A DNA stretch of 64,000 bases, taken from assembly GCA_963762255.1 (NCBI GenBank), contig CAVXKA010000001.1:1088001-1152000 (forward strand), in the 5' to 3' direction. The position numbers and the translations under genes were made by a program. Positions 50,954 to 60,369 of the stretch are shown here, in pieces (within the stretch, counting starts at the first letter, position 1; each line of letters opens with the position of its first letter). The stretch is from Candidatus Eiseniibacteriota bacterium (GTDB taxonomy: Bacteria > Eisenbacteria > RBG-16-71-46 > JABDJR01). A model generated the notes under the pieces. That model made no database searches, was not told the origin of the DNA, and saw nothing but the letters and a program-made list of their open reading frames with translations.

Positions 50954-53065
50954 ATGGCAATCATCCGGTCCACGCGCCAGGCCGACTTTTCCCTCGAGGT
51001 GGACGGGTTGCCCGCCGACGAGTTCCTCGTCACGCGGTTCAGCGGTTACGAGGGCATCTCCACGCTCTATCGGTTCGAGGTGGATCTCGCCTCCCGGGAT
51101 CCCCAGATGGACTTCGACGCCGTGGTGGGCAAGAACACCCTCCTTTCGCTCCAGAGCCAGTTCGGGGAGCGGTTGGTGCATGGAATGATCTGTCGCTTCG
51201 AGCAGATCGGAAGGGGGCAGACCTATACGTACTACCGGGCCCGGCTGGTTCCGCGGCTCTGGCTCCTCAGGCTGCGCACGCAGAGCCGCATCTTCCAGAA
51301 CATGGATGTTCCCGCGATCGTCCAGGAAGTCCTGACCGGTGCGGGCATCCCATCGGACCACTACGATCCCCAACTGACCGGAAGCTATGCCACTCGGGAG
51401 TACTGCGTGCAGTACCGGGAGAGCGATTTCGATTTCTTGAGTCGGCTCCTGGAGGAAGAGGGCATCCACTACTTCTTCCGGCACGCCGAGGACTCGCATG
51501 TGCTGATCACCGGCGATGCCTCGGAGTGCCATCCCGACCTTCCCGGAGATCCCGCACTGGTCTTCCGCGAGACCTCGTTCGGGAGCGTCCCTGGAAATGA
51601 AGTCGGACGGTTCCGGTTCCGCCGCGAGATGCGCACCGGCAAGACCATGGTCCGCGACTACGACTTCAAGAAGCCGACCCTGGATCTTTCGGCCACCGCC
51701 CAGTTGGCGAATCCAGGCGACGAGGGGGACAACGAGGATTACGACTATCCGGGGCGATTCGTCGAGGTCGCCGTGGCCAAGGAGCGGGCCAAGATCCGCC
51801 TCGCCGAGCATCGCACCGAGCGCGACCGTGTCCAGGGCCAGAGCAACTGTCGCCGATCCGCGCCCGGCTATTGCTTCAGCCTGGAGGAGCATCCACGAGC
51901 CGACTTCAACCGGGAGTACCTCATCACCCGCGTGAACCACTGGGGAAACCAGCCCCAGGCGTTGGCCGAGGAATCCGGCGTGTCCGAGGGGGAGCCGGTC
52001 TACTCCAACACCTTCGACTGCATCCCCGCCGACGATCCGCTTCGTCCTCGTCGCCTGACGCCACGTCCTCGGCTGGAAGGACCCCAGACCGCGGTGGTCA
52101 CCGGGCCGGAGGGGGAGGAGATCTACCCCGACTCTTTCGGGCGCATCAAGGTGCAGTTCCACTGGGACCGCGACGGACAGCACGACGAGCGGACTTCCTG
52201 CTGGGTGCGGGTAGGGCAACCGTGGGCCGGGCCCGGGTGGGGATCGATGTTCATCCCTCGGATCGGCATGGAGGTGATGGTGAGCTTTCTGGAGGGGGAC
52301 CCCGACCAGCCGCTCGTCACCGGCTGCGTGTACAACGGGGACAACCCGCCTCCCTATCCCCTCCCCGACGAGAAGACCAAGAGCACGCTCCGTTCCGCCT
52401 CGTCCCCGGGAAGCGGGGGCTTCAACGAGTTCCGTTTCGAGGACGCGGCCGGGAGCGAGGAGATCTTTCTCCACGGGGAGAAGGACTGGAACGTGGTCAT
52501 CAAGCACGACGAATCCCAGAGCATCGGGAACGACGAGAACCGGAGTGTGGGGCACGACCAATCCATCACCGTGAAGAACAAGCAGACGATCAAGGTCTCG
52601 GAGGGCCCCGCCGAGCTGTTCGTGGACGGGAACAACCGTGTGGTGATCGTGGACCAGCAGTACTACCGGCTCTCCAAGACCTCCTACGAGGAGGACACCG
52701 AGAAGTCGGAGAAGCGGGTCGGCAACAACTGGATGACCACGGATCAGGGCAAGATCGAGCTGAAGGCCACCGCCAATACGATCACCATGGACGCGGGCAA
52801 GATCGAGCTCAAGGTGGGGGGAAGCACGATCACGCTCACCCCCGGCGGAATCGAGATCAAGGGCACGAAGGTCACGATCCAGGGAACTTCGGAAGCCAAG
52901 CTCGGCGGAGGAAAGGTCGCGGTGACCGCCGATACCGAGTGTAAGGTGGGTGGAGCCACGGTGGACGTCACCGCCACCGGCGCCGCCACGCTGGGAGGAG
53001 CCACGATCTCGGCCTCCGCGTCCGGGCCTCTCTCCCTGAGCGGCACGCCGGTCAAGGCCAACTGA
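50954..53065 (+). CDS. vgrG: T6SS spike protein VgrG (no effector extension)
   Basis: YCVQYRESD, EEEGI, GPQTAVVTGP, GRIKVQFHWDR, SCWVRV, PRIGMEV, GDPDQP. Confidence 0.95.
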   Translation: MAIIRSTRQADFSLEVDGLPADEFLVTRFSGYEGISTLYRFEVDLASRDPQMDFDAVVGKNTLLSLQSQFGERLVHGMICRFEQIGRGQTYTYYRARLVPRLWLLRLRTQSRIFQNMDVPAIVQEVLTGAGIPSDHYDPQLTGSYATREYCVQYRESDFDFLSRLLEEEGIHYFFRHAEDSHVLITGDASECHPDLPGDPALVFRETSFGSVPGNEVGRFRFRREMRTGKTMVRDYDFKKPTLDLSATAQLANPGDEGDNEDYDYPGRFVEVAVAKERAKIRLAEHRTERDRVQGQSNCRRSAPGYCFSLEEHPRADFNREYLITRVNHWGNQPQALAEESGVSEGEPVYSNTFDCIPADDPLRPRRLTPRPRLEGPQTAVVTGPEGEEIYPDSFGRIKVQFHWDRDGQHDERTSCWVRVGQPWAGPGWGSMFIPRIGMEVMVSFLEGDPDQPLVTGCVYNGDNPPPYPLPDEKTKSTLRSASSPGSGGFNEFRFEDAAGSEEIFLHGEKDWNVVIKHDESQSIGNDENRSVGHDQSITVKNKQTIKVSEGPAELFVDGNNRVVIVDQQYYRLSKTSYEEDTEKSEKRVGNNWMTTDQGKIELKATANTITMDAGKIELKVGGSTITLTPGGIEIKGTKVTIQGTSEAKLGGGKVAVTADTECKVGGATVDVTATGAATLGGATISASASGPLSLSGTPVKAN

Positions 53066-53071
53066 TCGCGG

Positions 53072-54304
53072 TCAGAGCGGGGACTTCCCGAGGTTCATCG
53101 GTCCGTGGGGGATCTCGCGCCCGTCGACGCGGATCTCCATGCCCTCGAGTTCGTCCACTTCCGGGGCCTCCCGTGTGGGGAGCGTGATCGGGAGCATTCT
53201 CGGCGGACGCGCCTGGGCGCTCCAGACCAGGGTCACTAGATCCTCATCCTTGCGGATCCACACCGTGTGAAGATGGATCCTCACTTCCAGCGGCTTTCCC
53301 TGAAACGACATGCTCACCGCCGGTACCTCTCCGGGAAGGCGGAAGCGCCGTTCTCCAGCGAGATCGAGCCCCACCAGAGCGACCGATTCGTCGCCGCGCA
53401 GGAGCGGCACCGCGAGGCCGGGAGAAGCTCCGTTGAAGAACTCGCGGCGCAGTCTGCGATCCAGATCCGGATCGGCGGCCCGGTCCGCGTGATCGGCGGG
53501 CGCGATCCCCAGCTCCACTTCGCGCAGTCGGGCCGGCTCGGCGGGGGGAAGCGGCGGAGCGAGGCCGCCCATCACCGACCGCGGGTACCAGTTCCGCCCG
53601 AACCACCCGAGCCCCGCGGGTAGCGGCTGCCGCCACCAGAGTCTTGCGTCCCCGACCACGATCCGCTCCGGCGTCAGCAGGTCGTCCGGGTCTTCGAAGT
53701 TGGGGAGCGGGCGTTCGAGAAGGAGCCACTTGTGGGCGTTCACCACGTACGCCGCACCCACCGGATTCCGGGGGTAGACGCCGGGATGGCGCTCGAGGGT
53801 GAGGTACTCCATCCACTCCAGGGCGGTCTTCGGATCCTCGTTGCGCGGCACCGAGGGATCGACGCCGCCGTAAGCGCGCGTGTACGTGAGCGGCATCTCG
53901 CTGAAGGGCTCAGGCTCCGAGAAACGCAGGGCGCCTTCCCCGTCCGCCTCGATCCGACGGTCACCGAAGACCCGGATCGCTTTTCCGAAGTGGCCGATGC
54001 GAATCCCTGCCAGCATGTCCCGCCGGGGATAGGCGTCGGGGGTGCGGATCGTTCCGGTCACCACCACATCGGTGCGGAGCTTGAACGGGACCAACTCGCA
54101 CTCGGCGACCGGATAGTTGCCGGGCTCGTCTCCTTTGGGCTCGAGCACGTCCTCGGCGGCGAAGTCCACCGCATCCGGCGCGGGGGCGAGCCCCCCCTTC
54201 GGCTCGAGGACATAGGCGAGCTTCACCAGCAGCGTCACCGCCTCGTTGCCCTCGGCGTCCTTGGCCAAGTAGGGCGCAACCTTCATCGCGTGTTGGCTCA
54301 CCAT
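53072..54304 (-). CDS. DUF2169 T6SS accessory/adaptor protein
   Basis: ELVPFKLRTDVVV, VFGDRR, PEPFSEMPLTYTRAYGG, NPVG, LPNFEDP, FFNGA. Confidence 0.85.
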   Translation of the reverse strand: MVSQHAMKVAPYLAKDAEGNEAVTLLVKLAYVLEPKGGLAPAPDAVDFAAEDVLEPKGDEPGNYPVAECELVPFKLRTDVVVTGTIRTPDAYPRRDMLAGIRIGHFGKAIRVFGDRRIEADGEGALRFSEPEPFSEMPLTYTRAYGGVDPSVPRNEDPKTALEWMEYLTLERHPGVYPRNPVGAAYVVNAHKWLLLERPLPNFEDPDDLLTPERIVVGDARLWWRQPLPAGLGWFGRNWYPRSVMGGLAPPLPPAEPARLREVELGIAPADHADRAADPDLDRRLRREFFNGASPGLAVPLLRGDESVALVGLDLAGERRFRLPGEVPAVSMSFQGKPLEVRIHLHTVWIRKDEDLVTLVWSAQARPPRMLPITLPTREAPEVDELEGMEIRVDGREIPHGPMNLGKSPL

Positions 54305-55194
54305 GATTCTCCAAGGACGGGCACTCCGCTCGTGGCCTGCTGCGCGGGGGAAGAGCCGCTCGGAGCGGCCGACGGCTGCTGCGCGCTGTCGACGAGACCA
54401 CCCACGGAGTAGTTCTGGACCGGCGCCCAGTGCGGGCCGCCGACATTCCAATAGAAGACCTTTACCTGGCCCGTGGTGAGATCGAGTTCGCCGATCTGGT
54501 AGGGGAGGGAGATCTTTCCCTCCATGATCGGGCTCAGGATCAGCCCCTTGGCCAGGTCCTCGGCCGCGGTGCCCAGGAGCGCGTTTCCCATCGCTCCGGC
54601 GAACGTACCGGCTCCGAATCGTTCCCCCAGTTTTCCGACCCACTGCCAGGCCTGGCCCAGGCTGCCGTTCGACTTCCCCAACTTGTTGAAGATGAGCGCG
54701 ATCACGATGGCGATGGCGATGCGAACGAGGCCCATGAGGATGTCGAGCGCGGTCAACCCCACGAACACCGTGTTCATCACCAGCAGGTACCCGCCGATCG
54801 GAAGCGGAACGGGGACGAAGCACTGGAGGAGGTTGATGAGGGGCGGGAAGTGTCCCGCGGTGGGCTTCCCTTCCGAGAGCACCGTTCCCGCGGCGAACAC
54901 GACCTTGCAGGACGACGTGGCGATGGCCACCGGACAAAGCGGGCCCACCGGAATGTCGACGTGGATGATCCCGATTCCGCTGTCGTGACCGATCTGCGCG
55001 GGGGTGAAGTTGTCGCTGAGGACCTTGGGCGAGGTGACCGCCGCCCCCGGCCCCCAGAAAAGGATGTGGGGCACCTCCACGAAGGGCAGGGGAACGGGGG
55101 GCGCAGTGTAGGGCGGCGGGATGTCCATGTGGGTCGCATACAGGAAGGCCAGCCGGACGTTCACGGTGTGGATGGCGAAGGTGGGGATGCTCAA
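54298..55194 (-). CDS. PAAR-like spike-tip domain with a hydrophobic Gly-rich C-terminal extension
   Basis: HMDIPPP..PPVPLP, SPKVLSD..PAQIGHD, AGTVLSEGKPTA repeats; then a TM segment and a Gly-zipper-like helix; lies between two DUF2169 genes. Confidence 0.55.
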   Translation of the reverse strand: MSIPTFAIHTVNVRLAFLYATHMDIPPPYTAPPVPLPFVEVPHILFWGPGAAVTSPKVLSDNFTPAQIGHDSGIGIIHVDIPVGPLCPVAIATSSCKVVFAAGTVLSEGKPTAGHFPPLINLLQCFVPVPLPIGGYLLVMNTVFVGLTALDILMGLVRIAIAIVIALIFNKLGKSNGSLGQAWQWVGKLGERFGAGTFAGAMGNALLGTAAEDLAKGLILSPIMEGKISLPYQIGELDLTTGQVKVFYWNVGGPHWAPVQNYSVGGLVDSAQQPSAAPSGSSPAQQATSGVPVLGESW

Positions 55195-56222
55195 GCCGCG
55201 GCCCCCGCGCTCCCCACGACGAGACGCGCGATGCGGATCTCCTCCGGCACCACCCGATACTTGAACGGGGTCCGGTGGACGAGCACGAAGCGCCCTTCCT
55301 CCGGATGGATGGTGATCGTGTCCACCTTGCCCTCGGGGTGGTACTCCTTGTCCCCCAGACGCACCGTTACTGCCGCCCGCAGATCGGGAACCGCGAACGC
55401 GAACCGCCCGCCGGCGTTCATGCCGGTGAGAACGATCGGTGTGCCGGGGAGGAGCGAGGGAAAGACCAGGTCGGGGTGGGCGTTCTGGAACACCTCGGGG
55501 CGAACGGTCTGCTCCCCCTTCTCCGCATCGTGAACCACCCCGCGTTCGACGGTGAAGAGCGTGCCGAGGGGAAGCGGAGCGAAGCCCGCGGGTCGCGGCT
55601 GATCCTGCCAGCTCGCGATGAGGCTCCTGGGATCCTCGATGTTGGGAAGATAGATCCCCTCGGCTTGTTCCACCTCCAGGCAGTAGCCCTTCCCCTCCAG
55701 GTTGTAGGGATTGGGCGCGTCGTAGACGCCGATCTTCGCCTTACCGCCGTAGGCGTTGGCGTAGGTCAAGGGGATGGCGGTGAAGGGCTCGGGCAAGGAC
55801 GCCGCAAAGGTCGGCGGCGGCTCCGGCTCGTTCTTCTTCCTCTTCTTCGGCTTGCCCTCGGGCTCGCGCTTCACCCAGCGACGGTCCCCGAACACCGCCA
55901 ACTCCCGCACCGCGTCGCCGACTTCCATGCGTACGGCCATCCGAGGCATCGGCTTGCCCTGCGGCGCAAGCGCCCGACCGACCACGAGCACGTCGACTCC
56001 CGGTTTGACCGGCGCCGTGTCGGGCGGGAGCACCCCGAGATCGGTTTCCTCGGCCTCGAACCGAAAGGGATCCTGCTCGGGGGCCAGCCGGATCTCCCCC
56101 GCATCGCTCACCGCATAGCTGACCTTGAGCACGACAAACGCCAGCATCGGCTCGCTCTCGTCCGGGGAGAGAGCGCTTCGCACGAGCTCGGCGGGAAAGG
56201 CGGATTCGTTCTCGAAGTCCAT
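55191..56222 (-). CDS. DUF2169 T6SS accessory/adaptor protein (second copy)
   Basis: PVKPGVDVLV, AVFGDRRW, PEPFTAIPLTYANAYGG, LPNIEDP, FQNAHP. Confidence 0.85.
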   Translation of the reverse strand: MDFENESAFPAELVRSALSPDESEPMLAFVVLKVSYAVSDAGEIRLAPEQDPFRFEAEETDLGVLPPDTAPVKPGVDVLVVGRALAPQGKPMPRMAVRMEVGDAVRELAVFGDRRWVKREPEGKPKKRKKNEPEPPPTFAASLPEPFTAIPLTYANAYGGKAKIGVYDAPNPYNLEGKGYCLEVEQAEGIYLPNIEDPRSLIASWQDQPRPAGFAPLPLGTLFTVERGVVHDAEKGEQTVRPEVFQNAHPDLVFPSLLPGTPIVLTGMNAGGRFAFAVPDLRAAVTVRLGDKEYHPEGKVDTITIHPEEGRFVLVHRTPFKYRVVPEEIRIARLVVGSAGAAA

Positions 56223-56229
56223 TCGTGCC

Positions 56230-56760
56230 TCAGCAGTTGAGCTTGATCCGCTCCCCGCGGACCCGGACATCATCGTTGGCTTTCAGATCCAGGCTGCCCC
56301 GCCGGGACCGCACCTCCACGGCGTGACCTTCGACCCGCGTCGCTCCCCCGGCGCGCATCACCGCCTCTCCATCCGCCGCCGCCTCGATGTTCCCCGCCGA
56401 ATGCAGCACGACCGATTCGGTCGCCTCCACCCGGAAGCGTTCGCACGCCACAGTGATCTCGCCCGGGCTCCCCAGCCTGAGGCCCGCCGCCTCGAACGAG
56501 AGGACGGGGCCGGCCGCGGTGAAGCGGACGCTCAGTTCCACGCGTCCATCGACCGCGGAAACGGTGAGGACGTCATCGCCATCGCGCCGCGTGAACTCGG
56601 CGCGGCGCCCGGATGCGAGGCGTAGCGGGGGGAGAGGAGCACCAGGGGGAGGCGCATCCACCACCAGCCCGGCTCCGATCTCGACCGAGTCGTCGGCGTG
56701 TTCCACCTCGAGCTCGACGGCGGGGGAGGCGTCGTCCTGGAATCGGCGTTCGATGCTCAT
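56230..56760 (-). CDS. T6SS-associated short beta-strand repeat protein (VgrG C-terminal needle-like)
   Basis: Alternating short beta strands ending in LKANDDVRVRGERIKLN. Confidence 0.5.
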   Translation of the reverse strand: MSIERRFQDDASPAVELEVEHADDSVEIGAGLVVDAPPPGAPLPPLRLASGRRAEFTRRDGDDVLTVSAVDGRVELSVRFTAAGPVLSFEAAGLRLGSPGEITVACERFRVEATESVVLHSAGNIEAAADGEAVMRAGGATRVEGHAVEVRSRRGSLDLKANDDVRVRGERIKLNC

Positions 56761-56770
56761 GGATGCTCCC

Positions 56771-58114
56771 TCAGTCCCGCTCCACGGGAAGCAGGAACGT
56801 GAATGTGATGGGTTTTCCCTCGAGGGGAACCGCCGAGCGGACCTGGATCTCGGCCATGGCGCGCGGGCCTTCGGGGCCCTCCACGGACGTCGCCTTCACG
56901 GCGACCGCCTCGTCGCCGCCGAGCGGGCCCAGGAACTTGCTCAGTTCGTCGCGGAAGAAGGTGGCAACCTCCTCAGGAGATCCGCCGGGCATCGCGTCGA
57001 GGAGGTTTCCGCAGAAGCGGGCTATGCGGCCGGCGGTGATCTGGTGGGCGAGCATCCCTTCCACGGTCAGCCGACCCGGAGCGAGGCGGGACACCGTGAC
57101 CGCGATCGGAATCATCGCGGTCCCCGCGCGCAACTGTCCGATGACCGGCGTGAACGCCGCGCGGGAGAGTTCCTGCGCCTTCATGTCCGGCATCGGGACC
57201 TCGGTCGAGAGGAGTGCGGTCTCGTTGGCCGCGACCGGATACGCCCGCGCAGGCAGGCTCTCGAACCGCCCCCCCCTGCCTCCGGACATGTCCAGCGCGT
57301 GCCCGAACACGCGGGCACTCCGCGCCAACGCCGCCGCGACGAGCCATCCGCCGCGCGCCCAGAGGAACGTCTCCGGCTTGGCCTCGGTCGTTCCTTCCGC
57401 ATAGTCCTCCGTCCGGTACGGTGCGCGCTCGAGGTGGCGGTTCAACGTGAGCGAGAACCAGCGCGCCTCTTCGGTGGCCTGGAACGCGGTCCACGCGGCG
57501 TGGGCAGGGTCGTTCAGCCGCCCCACCATGTCGGGCAGCGTGAGCACGTGCGCGAGGTGGCGCATGTCGAAGAAGCCCGCGCCGGCCGCGGCCACTGCTG
57601 GAGCCTGAAGCACCTTGGCCACGGCCGCCACCTCGCGCATCAACGCCAGGTCGGCCGCCTTGTGCGTGAAGTCGTAGTCGAGGAGCAGCAGCGTGGGGGG
57701 GGCGTCGCTGAGCATGCCCGGAGCGAGGACCGTCTCGCGCAGATGCTCCGCCAGCGACGCGCGAGAGACGGAGGCGACTTCGACCGCTACGTCCTCTCCG
57801 GCCTCGGACAGCAGCCGCGCCAGTCCACGCCACGCCGCCTCCAGTTGCTGGAGCGCGGGAGCGTGGAGGACCGCGTCGAGGGCTCCGCCGTCATCGCCGG
57901 TCAGCCCCAGCCTCTTTCTGAGAGCGCCCGGGGCCAGGTCGTCCAGCGAAGACGGGGTGAGCGTGACCATGCCCTTGCCGGGAACGGGGACCGCCGCCGA
58001 GGCGCCGATCTCGCGCAGGCGCTCTCCCAGGTCGGCGGCGCGCACGCGCAACGGCGGGGCGGGGTCGCCTCCCAGATCGGACAACACCGTGATCTTCCAG
58101 GGCAGAGATTCCAT
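56771..58114 (-). CDS. Degenerate TssB-TssC fusion sheath-like protein
   Basis: N-terminal LPWKITVLSDL...SLDDLAPGAL (TssB-like); then AVLHAPALQQLEAAWRGLARL, LERAPY, FLWARG, TEV (TssC-like). Confidence 0.75.
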   Translation of the reverse strand: MESLPWKITVLSDLGGDPAPPLRVRAADLGERLREIGASAAVPVPGKGMVTLTPSSLDDLAPGALRKRLGLTGDDGGALDAVLHAPALQQLEAAWRGLARLLSEAGEDVAVEVASVSRASLAEHLRETVLAPGMLSDAPPTLLLLDYDFTHKAADLALMREVAAVAKVLQAPAVAAAGAGFFDMRHLAHVLTLPDMVGRLNDPAHAAWTAFQATEEARWFSLTLNRHLERAPYRTEDYAEGTTEAKPETFLWARGGWLVAAALARSARVFGHALDMSGGRGGRFESLPARAYPVAANETALLSTEVPMPDMKAQELSRAAFTPVIGQLRAGTAMIPIAVTVSRLAPGRLTVEGMLAHQITAGRIARFCGNLLDAMPGGSPEEVATFFRDELSKFLGPLGGDEAVAVKATSVEGPEGPRAMAEIQVRSAVPLEGKPITFTFLLPVERD

Positions 58115-58166
58115 GACGACTCCTCGGTGTCCACGCGGCAGGCGGGGGGCCCGCCGCGATCCGCGG

Positions 58167-58643
58167 TCAAGGGATGGTGATGATCGTTCCCGGCGGCGGT
58201 CGCCGCCCGTGGTCGACGGAGACATCGAAGGCGTTGTTCTCCTCCTGCATCGTCTGTTTGCCTGCCTGGAATCGCGTCTCCAGGTCGGTGGCTCGAGTTC
58301 GGGCCAGACGATCGTGGACTCGGCGGGCCCCGGCCCGGATCCGGGAAGCATGCTCCCGTTCGTGAGCCAGGAGCGCAGCGTAGAAGCGGTCCCACTCCCG
58401 CTGCTCCGCCTCGGTGGCGGCATCCCGGTCGAGCCACCGCGGCATCGTGATGTCGATCGTCACGTTCACCACGAGGTTCTGGGCCAGACCCCGCGCGCTC
58501 ACGCCGTCGTACTCGTACCAGATGTTGTACTCGCAGCGCCCATCCTCGCCACCCGCGAGCCCCAGGTTGTTGCTCGCCGCCTCCAGCGTGGTCCCGGAGA
58601 CATCGTACGTGGCGAGTTGAGTCGGGGAGATGTTCAGGCTCAC
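58167..58643 (-). CDS. DUF922 family putative zinc protease
   Basis: YDVSGTT, ITMPRW, WDRFYAALLAHEREH (HExxH), FDVSVDHG; no signal peptide. Confidence 0.7.
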   Translation of the reverse strand: MSLNISPTQLATYDVSGTTLEAASNNLGLAGGEDGRCEYNIWYEYDGVSARGLAQNLVVNVTIDITMPRWLDRDAATEAEQREWDRFYAALLAHEREHASRIRAGARRVHDRLARTRATDLETRFQAGKQTMQEENNAFDVSVDHGRRPPPGTIITIP

Positions 58644-58646
58644 GGG

Positions 58647-60335
58647 TCAGTGCCCGCCGAGGGGAAGGCGCAACTCGAGCGGAGGAAGACCGCGCACCGG
58701 CTCGCCTCTTGGGGTCACGCGCAGGACGAGAGTCGCCCCGTCCTCGGCGATTGCGGCGGTGACCGCCACCTCCGCGCCCTCCGAGGTCGCGGTGAGAACC
58801 TCGAGGCCGGCGGCAAGCTGCACCGCCGTTTCCTCCGGACCTTGCGTCGGTCCCATCCAGTGCAGCAGGTGATCGATGAGCGCAGTGACGCGGGCGGTGA
58901 AGACCTGATAGGGGAGGGAGACCCGGAGCGCCTGCGCGCGCCGGTCCGAGCTCCCGTCGGGCGCGCTCGCCGCCGCGACCGAGGGAGCGGTCGGGAGAAA
59001 GGCCCGGTCGCGGTTCCGCGCGCAGGCCAGGGGCGCAAGCCCCGCGCGCGAAAGCTCCAGCACTCGATTCTCGGGCAGGAGCATCTCCAGCGGAATCTGC
59101 ACCGGTTCGCCGCCGCGCAACGCCAGAAGCCGTACGGGCAGATCGTTCACCTCGGCGGCGGCAGCCGGGCCGGTGATTGCCGCGCCCCACCCGTCCCGGA
59201 TCGCGGCCTCGGCGATCAGGGAGCCAACGATCCATGCCGGCCTCCCCCACAGGTAGACCGGCTCACGATCGGGCGGATTCTCCTCGAAGGCGAACCCCTT
59301 CACCCGATCCTGCTCCGCGCCGTAGGGAAGACGCAGGAGGAACGGGTTGGCCGCGAGCGTGAGCCACCGCGCGGCGGGGTCCGATCGCAGCGCCGTCCAT
59401 CCCGGGGGCGGGGATTCGTTCAGCAGCTCGTCGACCGCTCCGAGCGACTGGATCTCCTTCCAGGAGCTCAGCCCCAGGAGCCGGGGGTCGGCCGAAGCCA
59501 CCACCGGGATGCGGGCTTCCTCGGCGACGCCGGCCAGCTCCCTGGCCTCGGCCAGAGACGCCTCGTCCCCGCCGAAATCCGCATCCACCAGCGCCACCAC
59601 AGTACGTGCCTCGGCGCGCATCTCCACGGCGAGCGGAAGCAGGATGTTTCTGAAAGCATCCACGCGCTCGCCGGCGGGCGCGCTCAACACGTGCACACGG
59701 AAGCCGGAGCGCGAGTCGAGCCGGCGAAGCAGGAAGGCGAGCCCGCGCCACGCCGACTCCAGCGCGCGAAGACGCGGTTCGTGCAGCGTCTGTCGCAGCC
59801 CCTCGGCGGCGGCCGCGTCCTGGCTTGCGCTCTGTTCCGAGGGCTGGGTTGGGTTGCGGACCACGCCTCCGCCCGCGATTTCCTGGATCAGCCGGTCGAG
59901 AGACCGCAACGCATCCTGTGTTTCCGTTGCGCCCGTTTCCGCCGTCGAGCCGTCCACGTCCACGAGGTCGAAGAGTTCGCCTGCCTTGGGAGGTTGGGGC
60001 GAAGGCGAAGTCTGAGGCGGCGGCGCGGCCGGCGGTGGCGCTGAAGGCGGCGCGGCCTCCGGCAGCGCGGCGGGCGGCACGGATACGACACGGCGCGGGA
60101 GCGCTTCCGGGCGGAAGGCGCGGAGTTCATCGAAACGCAGGCTGACCGCCTTGCCGCCACCGATGTCGATCGACAGGGTGGGCGCGGCCTCCTTCAGCAA
60201 ATCCCCGAAGCTTGCCGCGTCGACCCGATGCGGTCGCAGGCGCAGCGGTGCATCTGCCGGGCCTTCGGGGAGGAAATCGGCCAGGACCAGGAGATCGAAG
60301 GGGGTCTCGCGTCCCGAGGGCCCGATCGCGCTCAT
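58647..60335 (-). CDS. TssB-TssC fusion sheath-like protein
   Basis: PFDLLVLADF, HRVDAASFGDLL, LRFDELRAFRPEAL (TssB-like); Pro-rich linker; LHEPRLRALESAWRGL, FLLRLPYG, FAFEE, YLWG (TssC-like). Confidence 0.8.
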   Translation of the reverse strand: MSAIGPSGRETPFDLLVLADFLPEGPADAPLRLRPHRVDAASFGDLLKEAAPTLSIDIGGGKAVSLRFDELRAFRPEALPRRVVSVPPAALPEAAPPSAPPPAAPPPQTSPSPQPPKAGELFDLVDVDGSTAETGATETQDALRSLDRLIQEIAGGGVVRNPTQPSEQSASQDAAAAEGLRQTLHEPRLRALESAWRGLAFLLRRLDSRSGFRVHVLSAPAGERVDAFRNILLPLAVEMRAEARTVVALVDADFGGDEASLAEARELAGVAEEARIPVVASADPRLLGLSSWKEIQSLGAVDELLNESPPPGWTALRSDPAARWLTLAANPFLLRLPYGAEQDRVKGFAFEENPPDREPVYLWGRPAWIVGSLIAEAAIRDGWGAAITGPAAAAEVNDLPVRLLALRGGEPVQIPLEMLLPENRVLELSRAGLAPLACARNRDRAFLPTAPSVAAASAPDGSSDRRAQALRVSLPYQVFTARVTALIDHLLHWMGPTQGPEETAVQLAAGLEVLTATSEGAEVAVTAAIAEDGATLVLRVTPRGEPVRGLPPLELRLPLGGH

Positions 60336-60369
60336 CGCCGCCTCGCTTCCCGAACGCCGCTCGCGCGCA

